Assembly: GCA_011772755.1 (NCBI GenBank)
Contig: WVYX01000273.1
Coordinates: forward strand, 1 to 57,600
Source of the DNA: Gemmatimonadales bacterium
GTDB taxonomy: Bacteria; Gemmatimonadota; Gemmatimonadetes; Gemmatimonadales; GWC2-71-9
DNA length: 57,600 bases
Reading direction: 5' to 3'
In this document: positions 27,383 through 36,114 of the stretch, one piece after another
Layout: each line of letters opens with the position of its first letter
Numbering within the stretch: position 1 is the stretch's first letter
Notes under the pieces: generated by a model
The model's database searches: none
The model's input: the letters and a program-made list of their open reading frames with translations, nothing else
Told to the model about the DNA's origin: nothing
Made by a program: the position numbers and the translations under genes

Positions 27383-27922
27383 ATGCTCCGCACCTGTCAC
27401 AGCTCCCCTCCCCCAGTTGTCCGTGCCCTGCTTGGCCTCGCCGCCGTCTGGGGCTGCGCGTCCGCCCGCCCGTGGGACCTCTCGAAGAACCCGCCCGTGG
27501 GCCAGGTGATCACCGCCGAGAGAATCCTGGAGACTGGGGCCAGCACCGCCTGGGATGCCCTGAAGTACACCGTACGCACCCACTACTTCACCGATTACCG
27601 GGGGCAACCGGTGCGGATCTTCGCCGACCGGGGGGTGGGAAGTCTGGAGCTGCGCGAAGAGCCGTTGGTGTTCCTAGACCGTGCCCGGCTGTCGGACATC
27701 CAGCTACTGCGGTACATCCCCGCCAACATCCTGCTGCGGGTCCAGGTGCTGAACGGCACTGACGGGACCACCTACTTCGGCACCTCTGCTGTCGCCGGGG
27801 TGATCCTCATTGAGACGACGATGGGTGCGGAACTCTCAGGCGATTCCATACCGCCCGATACCGCGGGCACCCGGTCGCAGCCTCTGGCATCCGTGACCTC
27901 GGCAGTACTCTCACTGCGATAG
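27383..27922 (+). CDS. Stand-alone TonB-receptor plug-domain lipoprotein
   Basis: Lipobox VWGC, VITAERI...TAWDAL, PLVFLD, YFGTSAVAGVILIET; no barrel; AAGGAG RBS. Confidence 0.75.
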   Translation: MLRTCHSSPPPVVRALLGLAAVWGCASARPWDLSKNPPVGQVITAERILETGASTAWDALKYTVRTHYFTDYRGQPVRIFADRGVGSLELREEPLVFLDRARLSDIQLLRYIPANILLRVQVLNGTDGTTYFGTSAVAGVILIETTMGAELSGDSIPPDTAGTRSQPLASVTSAVLSLR

Positions 27923-27964
27923 CACTGGGCAACCCGGGCTACAGACTGAAGCGCCCACGAAGAA

Positions 27965-27992
27965 GGGAGGCGACCCTCTCGGGTCGCCTCCC
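27965..27992. terminator. Intrinsic terminator between convergent plug-only and susD genes
   Basis: GGGAGGCGACCC-tctc-GGGTCGCCTCCC, a 12-bp stem followed by TTCTT on the minus strand. Confidence 0.8.
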
Positions 27993-28020
27993 TGGTTGGC
28001 ACTCCCCTGCTGACCCACAG

Positions 28021-29439
28021 TTACGGGTTACGATCGAGGCACTGCCCGAAGTACGGGTTGTTCTCCTCTTCCTCCGGAATCGGCAGGTTGACGTCGGTGG
28101 CGTACGACTCACCTCCCTTGAAGTACGGGCCCGTGGGGAACACAGAGTCAGCACTGCGTCCGTACTGCCTGATCAGCCGCCGCAGGTCGCCCAGGCGGTG
28201 GTTGGTGGAGTACAACCAGAACGCCCGCTCGCGGAAGTGGAGGTCTTCCCGCGCCGTACTGGTCCCCGGATCGGCCAGCGGCGCCAACGTCCCACTGGGT
28301 GGATTGTCAGGATAGAGAATCGGGGCCAGCGTGGCGAAGTCCGTCCGGAGCTGGTTGAGGATGCCCAGCCAGCTTGACACATCACCCGCCCGCAGGTCCG
28401 CCTCCGCCTCGATGAGGCGCGCTTCGATACCCGTGGCCAGCGCCACCCGGTCGGTCCAGTATTGGAAGTGGGTGAAGTGCCACAGTTCCGACGCGCCGTC
28501 GAACCCGCCGCGGCTGTCGAGCACGGAGTTCACCCGGGGATCGCCCGACGAGCGGAAGTCCAGGCCGTTGATCCCTTCCCGATCGGCCACTGACCAGCGG
28601 CGCTCCTGGTAGTTCAACTCATATATCGGGTTCTGCTCCCGTGTAGAGTTATTGGAGTGCTCGGTGTACCGAACGTAGTCGTACGGCACGCTCGCGACCG
28701 CCGTGGCTGCCGCCGCCGGCTGATCGAGATTCAGCAGGGCGCGACCCTTCCCGACCCGCGCCAGATCGGCGATCGAGCTGGGCACTGCGGCGTGCGCCAG
28801 CACTGCGTCGAAGTGGGCAACGGCCCGTTGGAAGATCTGGGTGGTCGTTTCGGGCTCCCCAAATACCAGCGCTCCGGTATCCGGCGCCAGACTGAACGGC
28901 ACGCCCGAGCAGTAGTTTTCGCCGAAGGCGAGGTACGTATAGCCGGCGTACGCCAGCAGCTCGGGGATCCGAGCCTCGGCAGTCGGATCCGGCACGGCTT
29001 CCTCGATCTTCCCTGCAGCGTTTTCCAGATCCGACCGCGCCTGTTGCAGCCTCAGATACAAACCGGCCAGCGAACTGTTGTCAGTCGGAATGGAGCGGAG
29101 CTCCACCTCCTGACGCGTCGGGAAGGTGCCGGAGTGCATCCACTCGTCGGTCATGAGGCCCGAGATCATCACTTGGCCGTCGTTGAACCCGCCCCCGGCC
29201 CACGCCAGGGCGAAGTTCCCCAGGGCTCCGTTGCGGAGCGTCTGAAGCCCCGCCTCATCGAGCAGGTTTCCAGGCGTGACGATGTCGGGGTCGTCGACGT
29301 CGAGGACGTCTTGGCATGCGGCGAGGGGCAGCACGAGGGCCACCACCGCCGCGCTGAGCCAGGGGAGGAACCGTCGGATTCGTCCCCGTCGCTCGTTTGT
29401 CTGCGGCATTGTTGTGGTTCTCATCTTACCGTCCCTCAC
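28021..29439 (-). CDS. SusD/RagB-like outer-membrane lipoprotein
   Basis: Lipobox LAAC-QDVLDV, ENYCSGVP, EARLIEAEA, ERAFWLY..NHRLGDLRR, LPIPEEEENNP; directly downstream of susC. Confidence 0.88.
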   Translation of the reverse strand: MRDGKMRTTTMPQTNERRGRIRRFLPWLSAAVVALVLPLAACQDVLDVDDPDIVTPGNLLDEAGLQTLRNGALGNFALAWAGGGFNDGQVMISGLMTDEWMHSGTFPTRQEVELRSIPTDNSSLAGLYLRLQQARSDLENAAGKIEEAVPDPTAEARIPELLAYAGYTYLAFGENYCSGVPFSLAPDTGALVFGEPETTTQIFQRAVAHFDAVLAHAAVPSSIADLARVGKGRALLNLDQPAAAATAVASVPYDYVRYTEHSNNSTREQNPIYELNYQERRWSVADREGINGLDFRSSGDPRVNSVLDSRGGFDGASELWHFTHFQYWTDRVALATGIEARLIEAEADLRAGDVSSWLGILNQLRTDFATLAPILYPDNPPSGTLAPLADPGTSTAREDLHFRERAFWLYSTNHRLGDLRRLIRQYGRSADSVFPTGPYFKGGESYATDVNLPIPEEEENNPYFGQCLDRNP

Positions 29440-29441
29440 CG

Positions 29442-32400
29442 TTAGAACGTGAGCTGCAGCCGGGCGGTCCAGTATCGCACCTGGGGCTGCGTCAAGAAGT
29501 CCAGGGACCCGAAGTTCCCAGTGCCGCCCTGCACTTCCGGATCGACGCCGGTGTAATCGGTGATCGTGAGCAAGTTCCGACCACTCACCGTGAGGCTCAC
29601 CCGGTCTGCACCGAGCACGCGTGCCCAGCTATCCGGCGCGAAGAAGGTGAACGACAGCTCCCGGAGCTTCAGGAACCAACCGGGTTCCAAGAAGCCGGCG
29701 ACCGTCTGCACACTGGCCTTCTGCGTCTGCGCCCGCGCCTGTTCGTCGAGTGGGGCAGCGGGGTCACTGAGACCGCGGCAAACGTTCATCCGGCAGCGGA
29801 ATGCCTCGGTGAAGTTGTGCAGCTTATGCCCACCGCGGTAGTCCAACAGACCACTGATGCGGAACCGACCGCCGATGTCGATGCTGTTGTACAGCGCCGC
29901 CTCATACCGGGGCCGGGCATAGCCCATGAACTCCGTGGTGTCACCGATGGTGAGCTCATCCACCGTGATGATGCCGTCGCCGTTCGCGTCTTCGAAGGTG
30001 AACGGCTCCTGCCAGTACGAGCCCATAGGATAGTCTTCCTGGTGCTTCTGACGCCCCCCCTGGAAGACGATGGGCTCGACGCCCTCACCCAGCTCGATGA
30101 GCTTGTTGGTGTTGGTCGACCCGGTGAGCCCGAGATTCCAGCTGAACATGGGGCTCCGGACGATCGCAGCGTTCACACCGGCCTCGAACCCCCAGTTGAG
30201 GGTCTCACCGATGTTCTCCCACCGCTGCTGACCCAGTCCCAGCGACGGCGCCAACTGCCGCTGCACCAGGGCGTCAGTCGTCTTGCGGCGGTAGTAGGTG
30301 AAATCGACGCCCAGTCGGCCGCCAAACAGGCCGGATTCGAATCCAACCTCGATCTCACTGGAGCGCTCCGGCTTGAGTGCCGTGTTGCCGGGGTTGTTGA
30401 TGGTCACACCGGCGAGCTCCTCGCCACCTTCGACAAACGAAATTCCGGTGTAGGACTTCTCGGCGTCATTCGTTCCCGGTTGCTGCCCGGAAGCCCCCCA
30501 GGCACCGCGGAAGCGCAGATTGTCCAGCACCCCACCGGGGTTCTCCACCGCGAGATACGAGATGCCGAGCTTCGGATACACCGTGAAGTCGAAGTCCTGC
30601 CCGAACGCGCTATTGTCATCCCCGCGAATCGCGCCGGTGACGAACAAACGATCATCGAAGCCGAACTGCTGCTCGAAGAACGTCCCAACCGTCTTCGTGT
30701 CGATGAAGTCCTCGTCGATGAACTGATCCGACGCTGACTTCTGGGATCCGGCTCCCGGGGGCAGCACCTGTCCGGTGGTCTCCACCTGCTCCCGATTGTT
30801 GCGGAAGTACTGGAATCCTGCGGAGGTCTTCGAGCTCAGACGATTGCTGAGCCGCAGGTATGCCGTGGCTCCCAGATCCACCGTGTAGGAGTAGGTGTTC
30901 GTCTTGTCCGACACCCGGAAGCCTTCCAGGTAGTTGGCGAAGTTCGGGCCGGAACCCGTCGCCTGGAACCTGATGTCGGACTTGTTGGCGAAATCCGCGC
31001 CAACCGTCGCGCGGCCCTCCAGCCAGGTGGTGGGATGCCAGTTCAGGTTCAACGAGTTGGTGAAGCGCTCAATCTGCTGCTTACCCTCGACGAAGAACAC
31101 CTCTTCCGGCGTGAAGAAGCCCCAGCCGCCATTGTCGGTGCTATCGCTGCTGCCGAAGTAGCCGCTGGGCAACATGCCCATCACGTTGTTGTCGTTCTGG
31201 GGTAGTCCGATGTCCGCCGACACGTACCCCGACGAGACATTCAGCGTAGCCTTCTCTCCCAGGAGGGCATTCAGATTCGCCCGGACGCTACCCCGCTTGA
31301 GCCGGTTGGGATTCAGGGCGAAGTCGGGGATCTCGTCCCGGAACTCGAGGATCGAATCCTGGGTCTGCTGCGGCAGGCCGTATACCCCGTTCTCGACCTC
31401 CCACTCCCCCGACACGTAGTACTGCACCTGGGAGCTCCCGCCCGCGACGTTCAAGCCGTACTGCTGACGGCGACCTGTCTTGAACGGCGAAGTGGTCTTG
31501 CTCTCCAGGGGGTTCGAGGTCTGCAGCTCGGCCTGAGTGCAGCTGCCGGCCGAGACCTGGGCCAGCCGGCAGGTGCTACCGGAGTCATCGAGACCGCGGT
31601 AGTTGTCCGGGTACTGGTTGGCCTCCCGGATGATGCCCTGCTCGACATAGGCATTCCACACCGGCGCGCCGACCCGACCCCGCTTCGTCGTCACCACGAT
31701 CACGCCGTTCGCCGCCGCCGTCCCGTAGAGCGCTGCGGCCGACGGACCTTTCACGATTTCAATACTCTCGATGTCGTCGGGGTTGAAGTCGTTGATCCGC
31801 GAGATGGTCTGACCACCGGTGACGAACCCGATGTCGTTCTGGCGGTTGTCGACGCGAACGCCGTCCACCACCAGGAGCGGCTCATTGCTGAGTGAGATGC
31901 TGCTGGAACCGCGGATACGGACCTTCGTCCCCGTTCCCGTGGTGCCGCTCGAGTTGATGATCTGCACCCCCGGTGAGCGCCCCTGGATGAGGCTCGCTAA
32001 GCTCGGAGGCGCCACTTCCTCGACGGCCTTGGCGGCGTCCAGGGTGGTGATCACGTTGGCGACCTCCCGTACCCGCTTCTCGCCGGTCGCGGTAACCACG
32101 AAGGCGTCCAGGCTGATCACCACCGGCCGCAACACGAAGTCAACCGTGGCGGCGAGACCGGCGGCGACATTCACCTCTACCGTCTGGGCCGCGAACCCGA
32201 TCATGCTGGCACGAAGCGTCACCCGCCCGATGGGAACGTTGATGAACTCGTACTCCCCGTTCGCACCGGATCGGACGGTGCGATTGGTGCCCACGAACTC
32301 GATGACGACGTCAGCGATGGGCTGGTCCGTGGCTTGACTGACGACCCGCCCCCGGACCGCACCAGTCTGCGCCTCAGCGGGTACGGCGCCGCCCGCTGCC

Positions 32401-32447
32401 ACGAGAAGGAACGCCCCGAAGGCGAGCACAGAACGTGTCAATCGCAT
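29442..32447 (-). CDS. SusC/RagA-type TonB-dependent transporter
   Basis: Carboxypeptidase-regulatory-like N-domain, IRIRGSSS, DIESIEIVKGPSAAALYGTAAANGVIVVTTKRG, LKPERSSEIE, YTGVDPE, terminal Phe. Confidence 0.93.
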   Translation of the reverse strand: MRLTRSVLAFGAFLLVAAGGAVPAEAQTGAVRGRVVSQATDQPIADVVIEFVGTNRTVRSGANGEYEFINVPIGRVTLRASMIGFAAQTVEVNVAAGLAATVDFVLRPVVISLDAFVVTATGEKRVREVANVITTLDAAKAVEEVAPPSLASLIQGRSPGVQIINSSGTTGTGTKVRIRGSSSISLSNEPLLVVDGVRVDNRQNDIGFVTGGQTISRINDFNPDDIESIEIVKGPSAAALYGTAAANGVIVVTTKRGRVGAPVWNAYVEQGIIREANQYPDNYRGLDDSGSTCRLAQVSAGSCTQAELQTSNPLESKTTSPFKTGRRQQYGLNVAGGSSQVQYYVSGEWEVENGVYGLPQQTQDSILEFRDEIPDFALNPNRLKRGSVRANLNALLGEKATLNVSSGYVSADIGLPQNDNNVMGMLPSGYFGSSDSTDNGGWGFFTPEEVFFVEGKQQIERFTNSLNLNWHPTTWLEGRATVGADFANKSDIRFQATGSGPNFANYLEGFRVSDKTNTYSYTVDLGATAYLRLSNRLSSKTSAGFQYFRNNREQVETTGQVLPPGAGSQKSASDQFIDEDFIDTKTVGTFFEQQFGFDDRLFVTGAIRGDDNSAFGQDFDFTVYPKLGISYLAVENPGGVLDNLRFRGAWGASGQQPGTNDAEKSYTGISFVEGGEELAGVTINNPGNTALKPERSSEIEVGFESGLFGGRLGVDFTYYRRKTTDALVQRQLAPSLGLGQQRWENIGETLNWGFEAGVNAAIVRSPMFSWNLGLTGSTNTNKLIELGEGVEPIVFQGGRQKHQEDYPMGSYWQEPFTFEDANGDGIITVDELTIGDTTEFMGYARPRYEAALYNSIDIGGRFRISGLLDYRGGHKLHNFTEAFRCRMNVCRGLSDPAAPLDEQARAQTQKASVQTVAGFLEPGWFLKLRELSFTFFAPDSWARVLGADRVSLTVSGRNLLTITDYTGVDPEVQGGTGNFGSLDFLTQPQVRYWTARLQLTF

Positions 32448-32717
32448 GTTTCCATTCTCCTAGGTTGAGATTTCGATTCGCACAGGATCGTTCACCACAG
32501 GCATCACCTCCTCGCGGCCGTCCAGCTACCGCTGCCGAATCGCCCCGGCCGAGTGAAACAGCAGCGACGTGTGGGGCCGGGCTTGCTGGGTCCCGCTCGT
32601 CCTCCCCAAACGAGTCTCCTGCCAGGTGGCAAAGGAGCCCCACACGCCGCCATCAGGGGCGCGGGCGAATCCGACACCCGCGCTGGACGTGTCACGCATT
32701 CTGGCCTATTCGACCTA

Positions 32718-32772
32718 CTAGATATCGATAGATAACAGATAGATATGTAACGTACTTAGCACACTTCGTCAA
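32718..32772 (-). promoter_or_regulatory. Candidate susC promoter with AT-rich repeats
   Basis: Minus-strand TTGACG followed by an AT-rich tract with repeated ATAGATA and ATATGTA. Confidence 0.35.
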
Positions 32773-32921
32773 GCTACCCCCCCGGTCGGTGCCACTCAAG
32801 CCTTTCACTTACAACGACTTGAGCTCACATGGCACAGCGCTACCTGGTGGGGGTAGCTCTATGAAGGGAGGATGCGCGGCCGGGGTCAGGGCGAGGCGGG
32901 CGGTGCGGTTGAACCAACGGC

Positions 32922-32957
32922 TTGCATTTCAGCCGGATAGGTATATCATATACATAT
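32922..32957 (+). promoter_or_regulatory. padR promoter with overlapping palindromic operator
   Basis: TTGCAT-N16-TATCAT overlapped by ATAGGTATAT-c-ATATACATAT. Confidence 0.55.
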
Positions 32958-33009
32958 GCCGCGATCTTCTGTTGCAAACCGAACTGCCGCCAGCCAAAGC
33001 GAGGTTGCC

Positions 33010-33396
33010 GTGACACAACGTGACGTCGACGCACACCTGCCGCTGACTCCGCTGTCGTTCCAAATCCTACTCGCCCTGGTCGACGGCGAGCGCCACGGCT
33101 ACGGCATCATGAAGGAGATCGAGCGCAGGACTGAAGGGAGGATGACGCCTGCCACGGGGCCGCTCTACCTCGCGGCTCAGCGGCTGCTGGAGACGGGGCT
33201 GATCGCCGAATCCGACAAGCGGCCCGCCCCGGAGCTAGATGATCAGCGGCGGCGCTACTACAAGCTCACGGACTTTGGCCGGCGCGTCGCAGCGGCCGAG
33301 GCCAAGCGCATGGCGAGCCTGCTGGAAGTGGCATTCGACAAGCGCCTCGTGGATGGGCGGGTTACGGTTTCCAACGAAGAGGGCGTGACAGCGTAA
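33010..33396 (+). CDS. PadR family transcriptional regulator
   Basis: FQILLALVDGERHGYGIMKEI...GPLY...RRRYYKLTDFG; GTG start after GAGG. Confidence 0.92.
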   Translation: MTQRDVDAHLPLTPLSFQILLALVDGERHGYGIMKEIERRTEGRMTPATGPLYLAAQRLLETGLIAESDKRPAPELDDQRRRYYKLTDFGRRVAAAEAKRMASLLEVAFDKRLVDGRVTVSNEEGVTA

Positions 33397-33413
33397 GCCG
33401 AGTCCCGGCCGTC

Positions 33414-36032
33414 CTAGTTCTCCCTCGCCAGCAACTCCTCGAACCGGGGATGGCCCCGCAGCGGCTGCCACCACGGATGGATCCGCAACCACGTGGGCGA
33501 ATACGGGGACGGGATCTGCAGTAGGGTCTCAAGCTGTTCCACCGCGGCGTCGTACTCACCCACCATCACGTAGACCTGTGCCAGGGAGGCGAGGGAGAAC
33601 GCGCCCCAGAATGCGTCCTCGGTGAGTGGCTCCAGGCTCACGCTGATCTCCGCCTCCCGCACTGCATCGCTGCGGCGACCCAAGGCGGCGTAGGCAATCC
33701 CCAGGAGGCTATGCCACGCGGCGAAGTCCCGGTCTACCTGCACCCGGTCTTCCGTCCGCAGGCGCAGCGAATCGTAGTAAGGACGTGCCAACCGTGCTTG
33801 CCCCCGCAAGTCGTACGCCCCGGCCCGAGCCAGATAGTACAGCGCCGCGTCACCCGCGATCGTGTTGGGGGCAACGCTCTCCAGGCCTCGGCGGAGGTCA
33901 CCGTTCAGCACTCCAAACTCCACAAAGGACGGCCGCGCCACCACCAGCCGCGATAGCACCTCCGTCATCCCGCACATCTCCACTCCCTCGCGCAGGTTGC
34001 GCTCCGCCTCTTGCACATCGCCGTCTCGAACCAGGGCGAGCCAGGCCTTCAGCACGTACCCATCGGCCGCTTCCGGAGCCCGGCGGATCGCTTCGTCCAC
34101 GAACCGCTCGGCCTCCGAGTAACGACGCAGCCAAAGGTGGGTCTCCCCCAGCGCGTAGGGCCCCGCACGGTCACCCGGCACCAGCGAAGTGAGCCGCCTG
34201 AGGGTCTCCAGCGATTCCTCCCACCTGCCCAGGCGCCGTAACAGTAGGGCCTGGAGATACAGGGCATCGGCGTCGCCGGGCCGTGCCTGCAGGAACTCGC
34301 CGAGGGGAGTCAGGGCCTCCTCATATTCCTCTTGCGCATAGCGCAGGGCCGCCAGGGCGAAAGACGCGTCAGCAAGGCTCGGATCCAACGCCCGCGCTCG
34401 CTCGATCGCCACCCAGGACCTCGCCAGGTACTGGGGGTCCCGCTCGCCGGTGGCGTAGATCGCCGTCAGCGCCTTGGCGACACCGACGTATGCGAGGACG
34501 AAGCTGCTGTCGATGCTCACGGCGCGCTCGTACATGCGCAAGGCGCGCCGGTTGTCCTCCAGCATCGAGCTGCGATAGTAGAAGTCGTTGCCCCGGACGT
34601 AGTAGTCCCATGCTTCAGGGCTGGCGGTTGGCTGGGCGGCGAGGGCCGCCCGCTCGGGCGCCAAGATCACGACGTCGAGGGCCTGCGCGATCCGCTCCGC
34701 GATGTCCGCCTGTAGCTCGAAGATGCCCGCCAGGGGAGCTTCATAGGTTTCCGCCCAGACGATCGTGGCATCGGCCACTCGGACCAGCTCCGGGCTCACC
34801 CGCACGCGGCTTGTACCGTCAGGAAGCTGCTGTTTCACCACGCTACCCCGCAGCACATACGCGACGCCCAGTTCCGCCCCAATCTCTGCAACGCTGTTGT
34901 CGCTGGCGGCAACTCGTTCCCCTCGGTAGTAGCCGATCACGTCGAGCCCGGACAATCCCGCGAGGCGATTCCTGATCGCCTCGGCGGTACCGTCGGCAAA
35001 GTAGTGGTCGCCAGACGGGTCTCGATCAGCGAACGGCAAGACGGCGAGTCGGGGGTTCACCGGCGGCGACGCCGCACCCCAGGACCACAAGCCGAGGCCG
35101 CCGGCCACGAGCACGACGGCTGTTGCGACAGCGGCCATGAGGCGAGTGAACCGTCGCCGGGCTGCTCGCGGGACCACGGACGGTGCGTCGTTGGCCGCCT
35201 CACCCGGGGTGAGAGCAGTGGCCAACTGACCTGCCGTTGCGAACCGGTCTTCCGGCCGCTGTGCCAAGGCCCTGGCCAGGACCTGCTCCACCGCCGCGGG
35301 CAGGGTATCTAGCCGGCGTCGCTGCTCAGGGGGGGTATCGGGCAGCCGACCCGCGGTCACCGCCCGATGGTCCAGCCACCTTCTGGGCGTCCCCCCCAGC
35401 AACATCTCGAACAGCACGCAGGCAAGGCTGTAGATATCGGTCCGCTCATCCAGCTCCCGGCTCCCGGCCGCCTGCTCCGGGCTCATGTAGCCCAGCGTGC
35501 CCAGCGGCAACCCGGAAACCGTCCACGCTTCCCCGGCAGCCGCACTGACGGCTCGCGCGATCCCAAAGTCCACCACCACGGCTTCTCCGCCTGATAGCAG
35601 GATGTTGTCCGGCTTGATGTCGCGGTGGATGATGCCATGGTCGTGGGCGTACTGGAGAGCGGCTGCCACCTCCCGGGTAATCTGCAGAGCCTCCTCCAGT
35701 GACACGGGAGGATAACGGCTCATCCGGGTGCGCAATGACTCACCTTCCACGTGCGGCATGACATAGTAGAGCAGGCCATCAGCCTGGCCCGAGTCGTACA
35801 CGGGCACGATGTGGGGGTGTTGAAGCTGCGCCGCGATTTGGATCTCCCGCAGGAACCGGTCGGCACCGAGCCCGGCGCTGAGCTCGGGGCGCAGCACCTT
35901 CAACGCGACTTGCCGGTCGTGTTTGAGATCGTGAGCGAGATAGATGACCGCCATCCCACCACGGCCAAGCTCCCGCTCTACCCGGTAGCGGTCACCCAGG
36001 ACGGTCGAGAGATGTGCAAGGAGATCCACCAC
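33414..36032 (-). CDS. Hanks-type Ser/Thr kinase - TM - TolB-like - TPR (receptor-like)
   Basis: GRGGMAVIY, VALK, HRDIKPDN, DFG, YMSPEQ; TM LMAAVATAVVLVAGGLGLW; LAVLPF; TPRs. Confidence 0.92.
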   Translation of the reverse strand: MVDLLAHLSTVLGDRYRVERELGRGGMAVIYLAHDLKHDRQVALKVLRPELSAGLGADRFLREIQIAAQLQHPHIVPVYDSGQADGLLYYVMPHVEGESLRTRMSRYPPVSLEEALQITREVAAALQYAHDHGIIHRDIKPDNILLSGGEAVVVDFGIARAVSAAAGEAWTVSGLPLGTLGYMSPEQAAGSRELDERTDIYSLACVLFEMLLGGTPRRWLDHRAVTAGRLPDTPPEQRRRLDTLPAAVEQVLARALAQRPEDRFATAGQLATALTPGEAANDAPSVVPRAARRRFTRLMAAVATAVVLVAGGLGLWSWGAASPPVNPRLAVLPFADRDPSGDHYFADGTAEAIRNRLAGLSGLDVIGYYRGERVAASDNSVAEIGAELGVAYVLRGSVVKQQLPDGTSRVRVSPELVRVADATIVWAETYEAPLAGIFELQADIAERIAQALDVVILAPERAALAAQPTASPEAWDYYVRGNDFYYRSSMLEDNRRALRMYERAVSIDSSFVLAYVGVAKALTAIYATGERDPQYLARSWVAIERARALDPSLADASFALAALRYAQEEYEEALTPLGEFLQARPGDADALYLQALLLRRLGRWEESLETLRRLTSLVPGDRAGPYALGETHLWLRRYSEAERFVDEAIRRAPEAADGYVLKAWLALVRDGDVQEAERNLREGVEMCGMTEVLSRLVVARPSFVEFGVLNGDLRRGLESVAPNTIAGDAALYYLARAGAYDLRGQARLARPYYDSLRLRTEDRVQVDRDFAAWHSLLGIAYAALGRRSDAVREAEISVSLEPLTEDAFWGAFSLASLAQVYVMVGEYDAAVEQLETLLQIPSPYSPTWLRIHPWWQPLRGHPRFEELLAREN

Positions 36033-36114
36033 GCCCCACAGCTCCAAGATGCTCGCGCCGTTATACCCCTCAACCGGTCGCGTGAATCAGGAGTGAAGGC
36101 ATCATGAATGTCAG

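Noticed and set aside
32829-32846. Sigma-54 promoter TGGCACAGCGCTACC after an IHF-like site
   Set aside because: It lacks the conserved GC at -12.
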